Source of the DNA: a virus
Length of the DNA stretch: 40,880 nucleotides
Direction: 5' to 3' (one strand)
IMG/VR virus record: IMGVR_UViG_3300033463_000364
Part shown: positions 21,801 through 28,759 of the stretch, one piece after another
How positions within the stretch are numbered: the first letter of the stretch is position 1
Layout: the number at the start of each line of letters is the position of its first letter
Notes under the pieces: generated by a model
What the model was told of the DNA's origin: nothing
What the model saw: the letters and a program-made list of their open reading frames with translations, nothing else
Database searches by the model: none
Position numbers and translations under genes: made by a program

Positions 21801-23733
21801 CAGAAAAGCAATGGCATACAAGCTGCTTATCTCAGAGAAGCGGGACATACAGGATGCAGAATACAGAGCCATCCGCAACAGGATAAAGAAGATAGACGCA
21901 CTCATGGAGAAGCTGAAGGTTAAGCCGGAGGACTTCTACGAGCAGTTCACCCTTGATATTAAGGGACTCCAGGACAGCACATATACTCTGGCGCAGCTTA
22001 TCTATGGAGTCAAGGCACAGCTCGAGGAGCGCAACCGCCAGGCATTCGCCTACGGCAACCTGGTAAATCAGATCGAGAAATCAAACTACACCGACGAGCA
22101 GATTGAGGAGATAGGCGACAGACGTTACCAGCAGTTCACAGAGCAGGCCCAGAAGATACTTGACGGCAGGCAGAATGTGATGAAGATTGCCGAGGCTATC
22201 TGGGAGGACTGGCAGGACAGGGATAACTTCGACAGGCTCAACCGGGCAGCGATAGAGGAATACAACCAGCCTGTAAATCCAGTACAATTCTACATGCCGA
22301 TAGCAAGGAAGGACTTCAACGGCACCGAGCTCTCGCAGAAGATAGCCAACGACATATACAACATGAACGCAGGCAAGGGCATGACCTCCGTAGAAAAGGG
22401 CATGATCAAGGACAGAATAACCATATCTGCAAGGAACCAGCAGCCGGTTGACGCCGACTATTTCAAGCTGTGGTCCGACAGCGTGGCGGAGCAGGAGCAC
22501 TTCATAGCGACAAACGCCTATGTGCGGAAGCTCAACAGGATATTCAAAGCCCACGGAAGTAAGGACTTGCAGGCTTATATTCAGTCTGTATATGGCAATG
22601 GCATGCTGACCGACATAAACAACTTCATCAACGAGGTGGCAAATCCGGAGGTGAGCAACGACACCCAGGGCATAAACAGATACCTTTCAATACTGAGGGG
22701 TGCCTTATATCCTGCATACCTGGCATTCAAGGCAAGCTCCGTGATACTCCAGATGATAACATCCCCGGCCCCGTTCCTCCGTGAGGTGGGACCGCTTGAG
22801 CTGGCCAAGGGGCTTATACAGATGAGCATGCACCCGGTTGAGACCTGGAGATATGTGACAGGGCTCTCCTCCTTTATGGAGAACCGCTCGATGAACCCAT
22901 TCGTGGAGGAGATCAAGAAGCACTCCAAGGACTACACAAAATCCAAGGCGGGCAAGGCGTGGGACAAATTCCGGGAAGTTGGCACAGCCGGGCTCGAGAT
23001 GGCCGACAAGTGGGCTGTAACAGCCGGATGGCTTGCAGTGTACGACAAGAAGCATGATGAGTTCATCGAGAGTGGAATGACTGAGGAAGAGGCACAGGTA
23101 AAGGCTGTCAAGTATGCTGATGACGTGGTTTACGAGACACAGCCGCTGGGTGACAAGACAGAGCTCGCTCCGCTCTTCAAGGGCGGCAGCCCTGCATGGC
23201 AGGCATTCACACAGTTCCAGGTGAGCCTCAATGTTATCTGGAACAACCTGACCTATGATGTTGCAGTGGGCGATATAAACGGCCACGAGTACAGGAAGAT
23301 GATGGGCACCCTTATAGGCTATGCCCTTGCCGGGGCAATCCTCTATTCTGTCCAGGAGGGCTGGGGAACCGAGGACGACGACACCGCAGAGGAGAAGCTG
23401 CTGAAGATGCTCCGGGCAATCGCCTACGGCAGCACAACACAGTTCACAAGTGCAGTGCCTCTCTTGTCAAACAACGCCGATGCAATCGTTAAGAAGATGA
23501 TAACCGGGGAGAAATGGCAGTACAGGACAAACCAGCTTTATCCTGGCTTTGACGAGCTCACAATGGGAATTGCAACCACAGACTGGAAGAAGATACTTTC
23601 CGGTGCGGCCAAGTTGGGCGGCGTGCCTGTGAGCGGATCCAAGGAGTTCTGGCACGCCATCCACGGCAGGGAAGCTGGCGACTGGCGGCTCAAGCCCGGT
23701 GCATTCCTGGGAAGAAGAGACAAGAAAAAATAA
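15868..23733 (+). CDS. Giant multidomain (polyvalent) internal virion/ejection protein, gp16 position
   Basis: About 2,620 aa (ORF track from 15853; ATG 15868 overlaps the upstream TGA). HEVTH zincin motif at 18076-18090. ART-like module from about 18664 (APNGKPTKLTERQWVQVRTPYFIRWFGDWINDPENASKVVDENGEPLVVGHET ... NQIKSATNNVGTF). FHGSGASFDKFD...GTGEGAQAFGWGIYAS module from 19168. Long coiled-coils and C-terminal hydrophobic segments. Confidence 0.7.
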   Translation: MMDFREQFEIQKEKDTAKEGSYLSFEEQFRQNKAVRDSSGITELLKANIKDPGEAAAVAGMTYTLADHFKQDPVTILKDLPGWAAKYNGIVKDNKGAWQQIWDAAKTGWATDRLGRIGSALMVDRTPEDKQRLIDEAASIRAGIPGTEGDSQSLGMKIATSSANLLGTMVRPLVTNLLVSALIPEAKIGAVMGDIAKGIPAIAGRAEKVAAIAARATGHGAPFLVTWADTAQVESGNIYLDMLDAGVDEDIARKYAGVHGAIAGALEAAPLEFAFTRMPVYRKAAQTAFNRLCGRAVSKAGVAKTMSSALSNAFINIASSTLFETVTEVAQEGSAVYFEKKAALALPDEIKDEKLRKMLPEAYGQWRAYYEQEVEGRKDYYEGQEYKDYVADRVWDVLVQTALGTAPLSFLGASGQAISDVKYTQSIKKEAEVNPSKLNFIKRHFNDRQFDEMPKEKRAETLAQIYEDYHSGERVDAVDGSILDTDYIKINESEEMPDGEEQASEAPAEPPKRRKDNRLHTQEAIMPENTVHHDDGSVSKIILLGTTVNDKRYGHINFTIKDNDITIDSVKMRAGQQALTEEFITDFMQRYKGYNISWEPASEAQKKIRENLLNVNKGTKYEGQLQQFWGKGDREQINKTARLIQDKFKNFTPDQAMVGAELLDLLAQKRGKTLSQLVSDDMGKGDIRLGTVQEGIEQGVLDADEVKNKRGAIQWAADAGKAFIWVGEKGDFSTLGHEVTHFVLMTDPEAAKELAAQLKDAADTPQFRQYLDEHRKIMEGVTESKNDIVSSLTTEQILDQIKSLPDEVEKWTTTQHEIAAVLAETYLQEGETFNPELKSLFDKIIDWFLKIYEMLKRKAHLNEGIIKAYDNLFTKNPELKEKYEAQQQAEAAQQGAREQGKTMFQGATPEELAEVEKQYAETKAKYKGTDQWMKAPNGKPTKLTERQWVQVRTPYFIRWFGDWINDPENASKVVDENGEPLVVGHETNNDFTTFDPEQTQYGAFFFAKYPSQKHPYGKTRMETYLNIRNPYIIERDDYPFAHELTDDVREANNGNDGSIWIDTAEGRNVYVAFSPNQIKSATNNVGTFSHSNLSILYQPAFHGSGASFDKFDTAFMGTGEGAQAFGWGIYASQSEGIARSYANQAAQKHGDDIFVISNTPVSEEVNGYIHRIANHHSVNNLYDYSALRKAIIERIEYLEKTVNSFEIGIKDIENALRQIKRNPTMTLEEFEKQFTDAFDVHINDFIAGAKQEAYKQKREVEISDVANVLQDTLNISLYPSYEIYSNELDELKKLDLQNIVYQKGRNHHNLYTVTIPDDNGSNYLYWDKEYTAKEFDKLAERVIKANNLEGKWGAGDLLPFDIEGEEEFNRNPTGEEIYHAIQDTAESPKTASEYLNRAGFVGIDYPANSLSGGNKYGKRNFVIFNADDITIDKHTMWQNELQRDIEADLMEQAKGLSLDEWIDFNKFLGDENLTDDQLKAIWERANNATKTAEGATVISAGAMTEEEKDTAFYNLMQTDDGIRNFIRALRFMYNFMNEIDQQGVGQEDIEYLDKVQETLNLANSAAPKITMIAQGKTPIEDIKPETIKNIRGMIVNNLTDYRDLYARAAGSEDLAVSGEALPLIQEPTAETQRMSFAERKAFADRIEAQELKKKILKGEETYEGEAQKVVKYLDGEIKKGEVKIKELQEDIGHKREALSMKDKKLLKDAEEKKEVEKKLNRLNATIRSKLDKGVRISTEEYKRRDSLMERLDVLKEATAQLVNQTKVKALADKQDALQKLKDKYKKDMEQRRLAREIIAYKKKLWNGIMRKVSRNVNWEQAEVINAIHRLLGDVSESTNENITLGGKIMTLKEFREGVDKGTIEVAGLSDYQLKRYLNKTLADFTIQELEELYDTVRYLTKTGRQEWQAKVDQRNYEAQQYRNILINEIISSPKFKGNEPLPETTEAIKKSRDLMTMFKTAWYKTLNMARKAQILDNGRKAMAYKLLISEKRDIQDAEYRAIRNRIKKIDALMEKLKVKPEDFYEQFTLDIKGLQDSTYTLAQLIYGVKAQLEERNRQAFAYGNLVNQIEKSNYTDEQIEEIGDRRYQQFTEQAQKILDGRQNVMKIAEAIWEDWQDRDNFDRLNRAAIEEYNQPVNPVQFYMPIARKDFNGTELSQKIANDIYNMNAGKGMTSVEKGMIKDRITISARNQQPVDADYFKLWSDSVAEQEHFIATNAYVRKLNRIFKAHGSKDLQAYIQSVYGNGMLTDINNFINEVANPEVSNDTQGINRYLSILRGALYPAYLAFKASSVILQMITSPAPFLREVGPLELAKGLIQMSMHPVETWRYVTGLSSFMENRSMNPFVEEIKKHSKDYTKSKAGKAWDKFREVGTAGLEMADKWAVTAGWLAVYDKKHDEFIESGMTEEEAQVKAVKYADDVVYETQPLGDKTELAPLFKGGSPAWQAFTQFQVSLNVIWNNLTYDVAVGDINGHEYRKMMGTLIGYALAGAILYSVQEGWGTEDDDTAEEKLLKMLRAIAYGSTTQFTSAVPLLSNNADAIVKKMITGEKWQYRTNQLYPGFDELTMGIATTDWKKILSGAAKLGGVPVSGSKEFWHAIHGREAGDWRLKPGAFLGRRDKKK
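18790..20130 (+). other. AT-rich in-frame island inside the giant ORF
   Basis: Hand counts of 60-nt samples give 38% GC (18781-18840) and 28% GC (19381-19440), against 58% GC (18481-18540) in the flank. Confidence 0.75.
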
Positions 23734-23754
23734 TTTTATAAGGAGGAGAAGCAG

Positions 23755-25932
23755 ATGCTTACTACCACTATAACAGTGAACAGGTACCAGGTGTCCGGTA
23801 ACAGCTACACCATCGGGTTCCCCTACTGGAAGAAAGAAGAGATCAAGGCGAAAATCACGCTGTCTGACGGATTCATGCAGGATCTTGTCCTTGACACCGA
23901 CTATTCCGTAACAACGCCGAATGGCAACAACGGCACGCTCACCAAGCTGACCGCCTGGACAGGCGCAGCCAAGCTGACAATTTACAGGGAGAGCTCCGAC
24001 ACCCAGGACCTTGACCTAATCCAGGGCGGCAAGATGAACGCCGACACGCTGGAGAAAGGCCTTGACCATGCCATTGCAATCATTCAGGAGATACAGGAGA
24101 GCCTTTCCCGCTCCCTGAAAACCTCCATCGATGAAGCCGGAAGCGACATAGTGTTCCCGGACAAGGCGACAAGAGCCGGTATGCTGATAGGCTTCAACAA
24201 CACAGGTGAGAAGATCTCGCTCCGCAGCCTTGCGCAGTTCGATACAGACGTTTCAAACACTGCTGCAAACGCTTCGGCAGCAGCGGCATCCGCACTGCTG
24301 GCGCAGGACTGGGCCGACAAGCAGACCGAGGTGGTCCCGGGCGAGGACAGCGCAAAGACATGGGCAGGCAGGGCAAGTACCTCCGCCGGAAGTGCTTCCG
24401 TGTCAGCATACAACGCCGACAAGAGCGCAGAGGACGCCGAGGCATGGGCTGTGGGCCAGCGTGACGGCCAGGATGTTCCGGCCACCGACCCGACATACCA
24501 CAAGAACGCCAAATACTATGCAGAGCTTGTTTCACAGATTATCTCCGGCGCAATGAGATACCAGGGTGTGTGGAACATGACCGGGGCCACCGACTACTCC
24601 GGCATAGGCACACCACGACTCAAGGGCGACCTGTTCTACTGCCAGGGCTCTGCCGTGACCATTGACGGGGTGCTCTATACACAGGGCGACCTCATCATAT
24701 TCAACACCGATGTGGCATCCGGCGGCACAATCACCACAGCCGTGCTTGACAAGGTAGACAACACCGAGAGCCTGACTCCTGACAACCTGGCTGAACTTTC
24801 CAACAAGACCATTGACAAGAAGAAAAACACTGTCACCAACTCCCCGACTGTGATAAGTGAGGACACCACGCTGACACCTACCAAGGAGCTCAATGTGGTT
24901 ATCGACACAGCGGGAGTGCAGCTCACACTGGGCAACGGTCCTTATGCCGGATATGAGCTCAAGGTTCTGGCCGCAGCGGACAGCTCTGTGTTCTGCATAA
25001 CATCAGGAGGCAATCTTACAAGAAGGATAGGTGCAGGGTGCTGGACTTCCTTTATATGGGACGGAACCTGCTGGATCAACAGGCTGGGCGAGGTTGAAGG
25101 CGACCTTGAGCTGCATAACGAGATGCGGATGGTTCCAAAAGACATCACGGCATACTTCAATGACGGCTCCCTCTGGGACCGCCTCCACGGAACCAACGGT
25201 TATGCTCTCTTCGAGGATCTGTATGTGGGTGATTACTTCGACATGGGCAGGGCCGTCAAGTCTCCGCACTCCGGAAGCGGCGACGGAACACAGTGGGTGA
25301 CTATCGCCGGAATAGATGCGCTGTTCAATAACGGCTACAACGCAGACAACCCGGCTGATTATATCGATTATCACCACCTGGTTATGGTTCCGGGCAAAGG
25401 GCTGGACGGCTCCCTGACCTTCGGCACAGCCTACATGAACAGTACAAACGTTACAACCGGTGCATACTATGGCTCCTATATGCGGAGCACAATCATAGGA
25501 GATCCGGTGAGCACAACCCCTGGAACCTTCGGCGGAACAATCAACAGTCAGCTCAAGTTCATTTTCAAGGATCACTTGAAAACAACAAGAGAGCTGCTGG
25601 CTACTACCGTGGTGAATACATATTATAACCGGTTCGGCACCAACAGCGGCGCAAGCTCCGCATGGGCATGGTACCCATGCCAGGCAGTGCTCCTGAGTGA
25701 GATTGAAGTCTTTGGCTCTATCGCCTGGTCGTCCTCCGGTTTCGATACCGGAACAGGCAACCACTGGCTGCCTCTGTTCAAGAACAGCAGGGCAAGGAAC
25801 GGCAGAGTGACTTACTGGCTGAAAGACGTGGCCAGCTCGACCGGCTTCGTCTATTCCCACTACAATGGCTTTTCCGCCAACATCAACGCTTCCATTGTTC
25901 ATGGAGTTCGTCCCCGCTTTGTAATCTCGTGA
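23755..25932 (+). CDS. Tail fibre / receptor-binding protein, DGR target
   Basis: 725 aa with RBS AAGGAGG, in the gp17 position. The C-terminal 32 codons are the DGR variable repeat. Confidence 0.8.
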   Translation: MLTTTITVNRYQVSGNSYTIGFPYWKKEEIKAKITLSDGFMQDLVLDTDYSVTTPNGNNGTLTKLTAWTGAAKLTIYRESSDTQDLDLIQGGKMNADTLEKGLDHAIAIIQEIQESLSRSLKTSIDEAGSDIVFPDKATRAGMLIGFNNTGEKISLRSLAQFDTDVSNTAANASAAAASALLAQDWADKQTEVVPGEDSAKTWAGRASTSAGSASVSAYNADKSAEDAEAWAVGQRDGQDVPATDPTYHKNAKYYAELVSQIISGAMRYQGVWNMTGATDYSGIGTPRLKGDLFYCQGSAVTIDGVLYTQGDLIIFNTDVASGGTITTAVLDKVDNTESLTPDNLAELSNKTIDKKKNTVTNSPTVISEDTTLTPTKELNVVIDTAGVQLTLGNGPYAGYELKVLAAADSSVFCITSGGNLTRRIGAGCWTSFIWDGTCWINRLGEVEGDLELHNEMRMVPKDITAYFNDGSLWDRLHGTNGYALFEDLYVGDYFDMGRAVKSPHSGSGDGTQWVTIAGIDALFNNGYNADNPADYIDYHHLVMVPGKGLDGSLTFGTAYMNSTNVTTGAYYGSYMRSTIIGDPVSTTPGTFGGTINSQLKFIFKDHLKTTRELLATTVVNTYYNRFGTNSGASSAWAWYPCQAVLLSEIEVFGSIAWSSSGFDTGTGNHWLPLFKNSRARNGRVTYWLKDVASSTGFVYSHYNGFSANINASIVHGVRPRFVIS
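25828..25922 (+). repeat. DGR variable repeat (VR)
   Basis: Gap-free alignment to 26541-26635 gives 15 mismatches, all at TR adenines. Confidence 0.9.
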
Positions 25933-25941
25933 CTTTAATCC

Positions 25942-25967
25942 CCCACCCCATTGTGGGGTGGGTTTTT
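25942..25967 (+). terminator. GC-rich hairpin plus T5 just after VR (terminator and/or DGR target-recognition hairpin)
   Basis: CCCACCCCA-TTG-TGGGGTGGG followed by TTTTT, 20 nt downstream of the VR end. Confidence 0.75.
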
Positions 25968-25983
25968 GATAGGAGAATAGAAT

Positions 25984-26523
25984 TTGAGTGTACTGAAAAA
26001 CTTGAGAAGCCTGTCCAATATGGAATTTTACAAACAGGCTATCAGTATCAGGAAAACAATCACCACATGGCTTTTGAAGGACTTCAACACAAAGCCCAAC
26101 AAGAAATCCATAAAGATGATTATAAAAGACCTGGATGAGGAGGACGAGAAAATCCTCAATGAGGTTTTCGCCAAGTATGGAAAGACCCTCAATCAAGTTT
26201 TCCAGTCCGGCTATCCCCAGTGGTTTGTAGATTATGAAAGGGGCATCATATCAAGGTGCCTGTCAGATATAGTGCAGAATATCACCAGGGCTAATTCTAT
26301 CTATCCTGTCAATGATAATGAAGTGGAACTGCGGAGGTCGTTCCAGGATGTGGCAATAGCAGAGTGCTACAATTTATACCAGGAGCTGCAATATATTGTG
26401 TCTCTTTTTCCGTCAGATCTGAACAGGTTTATAAACCTGCTTGAGGAGGTGGAGAAAGAGGTGGTACTCCTGAAAGGCTGGCGCAAGTCCGGTAACCGGA
26501 CCGTCAAGGAAAAAGCAAAATGA
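25984..26523 (+). CDS. avd: Avd-like DGR accessory protein (start TTG 25984 or ATG 26020)
   Basis: Helical, basic C-terminus (LLEEVEKEVVLLKGWRKSGNR), located between the target gene and TR as in BPP-1-type DGRs. Longer than a typical Avd. Confidence 0.6.
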   Translation: MSVLKNLRSLSNMEFYKQAISIRKTITTWLLKDFNTKPNKKSIKMIIKDLDEEDEKILNEVFAKYGKTLNQVFQSGYPQWFVDYERGIISRCLSDIVQNITRANSIYPVNDNEVELRRSFQDVAIAECYNLYQELQYIVSLFPSDLNRFINLLEEVEKEVVLLKGWRKSGNRTVKEKAK

Positions 26524-26540
26524 AAAAGGGTGTCTTTTAT

Positions 26541-26635
26541 ATGGCCAGCTCGACCAACTTCGTCAATTCCAACAACAATGGCAATTCCAACAACAACAAC
26601 GCTTCCAATGTTAATGGAGTTCGTCCCCGATTTAT
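26541..26635 (+). repeat. DGR template repeat (TR)
   Basis: AAY-rich; would read ASSTNFVNSNNNGNSNNNNASNVNGVRPRF. Contains 30 adenines, 15 of which differ in VR. Confidence 0.9.
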
Positions 26636-26714
26636 GATGACATATGAAAAGGGTTTATGATCCGTATATGTCCACAAAGGAAAAGGCATCCTGTCCTGTA
26701 AAAAGGCGAATACA

Positions 26715-26760
26715 GCCGGCGATGCGGCCTGGTGCGCCAGGTGCCGCTGTAGACGCCGGC
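26715..26760 (+). ncRNA. Nested hairpin in the TR-RT spacer (probable part of the DGR RNA)
   Basis: GCCGGCG (26715-21) pairs with CGCCGGC (26754-60). This encloses GCGG/CCGC and CCTGG-TGCG-CCAGG. Confidence 0.5.
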
Positions 26761-26767
26761 TCTCTTT

Positions 26768-27823
26768 ATGCTGTTCTCAAGACTGCTTGATTTGAACAAT
26801 CTATATACCGCATTCTATAAATGTTCCCTGGGCGTGCGGTGGAAAGAGTCCGTGCAGAGATATGAGTCAAACGTCCTCCACAATATAAACAAGCTCAGAA
26901 AGCTGCTTATCCGTGGCACATACAGACAGAAGCCCTTTTATGAGTTCGATATTTGCGAGCGTGGCAAAATGAGGCACATCCGCTCTATTCATATTTCTGA
27001 CAGAGTCCTACAGAGAGCCCTGTGTGATTATGTCCTTAACCCGGTTCTCTTCAGATACCTGATATATGACAATGGCGCAAGCGTGAAAGGCAAGGGCGTG
27101 TCCTTTGCAAGAAACAGAATGAAGGTGCACCTGATGAGATACTACAGAAAGCACGGCAGCACCGGGTACATCCTGAACATAGACTACTCAAAGTATTTTG
27201 ACAGCATACCGCATGATTTATTGAAGCAGAAGATAGCCTCAAAGATCGATGACTGCAGGGTGCTTCGGCTGGTGAATTATCTCATAGACACATTCCCCGG
27301 TGACAAAGGGCTGGGTCTGGGTTCCCAGCTCTCCCAGACGTGCGGCATATTCTACCTCTCTGGCATTGACAATTTATGCAAGAATGTAAGACGCTGCAAA
27401 TATTATGAACGGTTTATGGATGATATTTGTATAATCCACCATGATAAGGAATTTCTGAGGACTCTTGAGTGTGAAATAATAAACGAAAGCCAAAAAATGG
27501 GGCTCAATGTGAACACAAAGAAAACCCAGATAATAAGACTCTCAAGAGGTTTTATATTTCTGAAGATACATTACTACATAACAGATACCGGGAGGATATC
27601 AATGGTGCCCGCAAAGAAAGCCTTTATCACCGAGAGGAGAAAGCTAAAGAAGCTGGCCGACAGGCTCCCGAAGGAGGAGCTTGAGAACCAGTATAAGGGG
27701 TGGCGGGGCAGCCTGGTAAAGTTTGACTGCCACAGAAGGCTGATTGAGACCGACAGAATTAAAAAGCAGATACTGAAAAGTGGCACATCACCTCCCAAAA
27801 GTGACACACAAAGGGTACCATGA
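26768..27823 (+). CDS. DGR reverse transcriptase
   Basis: ERGKMRHIRSIHISDRVLQRAL, ILNIDYSKYFDSIPH, GLGLGSQLSQTCG (the DGR-specific [I/L]GxxxSQ motif, 27320-27337), YYERFMDDICII (27413-27424) and GLNVNTKKTQI. Confidence 0.9.
   Translation: MLFSRLLDLNNLYTAFYKCSLGVRWKESVQRYESNVLHNINKLRKLLIRGTYRQKPFYEFDICERGKMRHIRSIHISDRVLQRALCDYVLNPVLFRYLIYDNGASVKGKGVSFARNRMKVHLMRYYRKHGSTGYILNIDYSKYFDSIPHDLLKQKIASKIDDCRVLRLVNYLIDTFPGDKGLGLGSQLSQTCGIFYLSGIDNLCKNVRRCKYYERFMDDICIIHHDKEFLRTLECEIINESQKMGLNVNTKKTQIIRLSRGFIFLKIHYYITDTGRISMVPAKKAFITERRKLKKLADRLPKEELENQYKGWRGSLVKFDCHRRLIETDRIKKQILKSGTSPPKSDTQRVP
27775..27808 (+). promoter_or_regulatory. Paired 13-bp boxes GAAAAGTGGCACA / CAAAAGTGACACA (21-bp phasing), copy 2 of the 34-bp element
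   Basis: Near-identical to 5033-5066, including the spacer (TNNNCTCC). Lies in the last codons of the RT ORF, upstream of the lysis cassette. Confidence 0.6.
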
Positions 27824-27851
27824 CCCCTTGACAAAATTTATTATATAGGCG

Positions 27852-28148
27852 ATGGCGAGCAGTACAATCATCGCTACAATTTTGACCTCATCAGTTATAG
27901 GCATTTTGATCAACAAGATATTTGACCTTATGGAACGCCGCAGCTCTTCAAACGAGGACTTCCAGTTACTTTTATTGAACGCAATCAAGCAGCAGGCAAG
28001 GGCAGCAATACATGACAGATACATTACTATAGATGACCTTGAAAGCCTGGAAAAGACATACGAGAGATACAAGAAAAGAAAGGGCAACGGCTATGCAGAC
28101 ACCCTGATGAAGAAGGTGCGTGCACTGCCGGTCCGGGAGGATATATGA
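27852..28148 (+). CDS. Membrane protein, possible holin
   Basis: 98 aa with an N-terminal TM (STIIATILTSSVIGILINKIF) and a charged C-terminus; ATGA-coupled to the endolysin. Confidence 0.4.
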   Translation: MASSTIIATILTSSVIGILINKIFDLMERRSSSNEDFQLLLLNAIKQQARAAIHDRYITIDDLESLEKTYERYKKRKGNGYADTLMKKVRALPVREDI

Positions 28149-28552
28149 CATTTGGTGAGTTCATCGTGAAATATCAGAATACAAAGGTTGACTTTGATGG
28201 GGTGGACGGTGCGCAGTGCATGGATCTCTACCGCCAGTACTGCAAAGACATGGGCATTCCACATACCGGCACTGTGAACCCGGACGGAGCAAAGGCCCTC
28301 TACCTGAAGTTCTCCGAGCGCAAGGAAAAGGAATACTTCAACAGGTTCAACTCCAACCTTGCCCGCTTCGGTGATGTCATCGTATGGGACAGGACGCAGA
28401 CAAACCCCTATGGCCATGTGGCTCTGGTGGTCCAGGCGTACCAGCAGGACAAGGTTCTGGTGTTCGAGCAGAACGGCTTTACGCAGAACGGAACACAGTT
28501 TGCTGTGCGTGACCTGAAGAGTGCCCTGGGTGTACTTCGGAAAAAAGCATGA
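28145..28552 (+). CDS. CHAP-domain endolysin (peptidoglycan amidase/endopeptidase)
   Basis: GVDGAQCMDLYRQY (catalytic Cys context) and NPYGHVALVV (His), typical CHAP spacing. Confidence 0.7.
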   Translation: MTFGEFIVKYQNTKVDFDGVDGAQCMDLYRQYCKDMGIPHTGTVNPDGAKALYLKFSERKEKEYFNRFNSNLARFGDVIVWDRTQTNPYGHVALVVQAYQQDKVLVFEQNGFTQNGTQFAVRDLKSALGVLRKKA

Positions 28553-28582
28553 TGTGTGTGAAATATAATAAGGAGATATGAA

Positions 28583-28759
28583 ATGACAAAGAAAATGTAT
28601 GCTTTAGTAAGCGGAATTATCGGTGGTGTGGGAGCAATCGCTTCTGCAATCGTATCTTACACAGAGCCTGCAATGGCCACTGCTATTCTTGCGGCTATCC
28701 CTATCGCTATCACAGCCGTCAACGAGATTATGATGCTGTTTGTGGTGGAGAAGAAATGA
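28583..28759 (+). CDS. Small two-TM membrane protein (holin-like), 58 aa
   Basis: MTKKMYALVSGIIGGVGAIASAIVSYTEPAMATAILAAIPIAITAVNEIMMLFVVEKK with RBS AGGAG. Absent from the ORF track because it is under 60 aa. Confidence 0.45.
   Translation: MTKKMYALVSGIIGGVGAIASAIVSYTEPAMATAILAAIPIAITAVNEIMMLFVVEKK

Larger units (their letters stand above)
25828..27823 (+). mobile_element. Diversity-generating retroelement cassette (VR - avd-like - TR - RT)
   Basis: Canonical order; adenine-specific VR/TR differences; RT carries DGR-type motifs. Confidence 0.9.

Noticed and set aside
25003-26196. 397-aa ORF on the minus strand
   Set aside because: It is antisense to the tail-fibre 3-prime end, the VR, the terminator hairpin and the avd start. 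It has no start context and would be interrupted functionally by the hairpin.
26541-26660. Small ORF starting at the TR (MASSTNFVNSNNNGNSNNNN…)
   Set aside because: This is the DGR template repeat itself. Its Asn-rich reading reflects AAY design, it has no RBS, and TR is expected to act as RNA.
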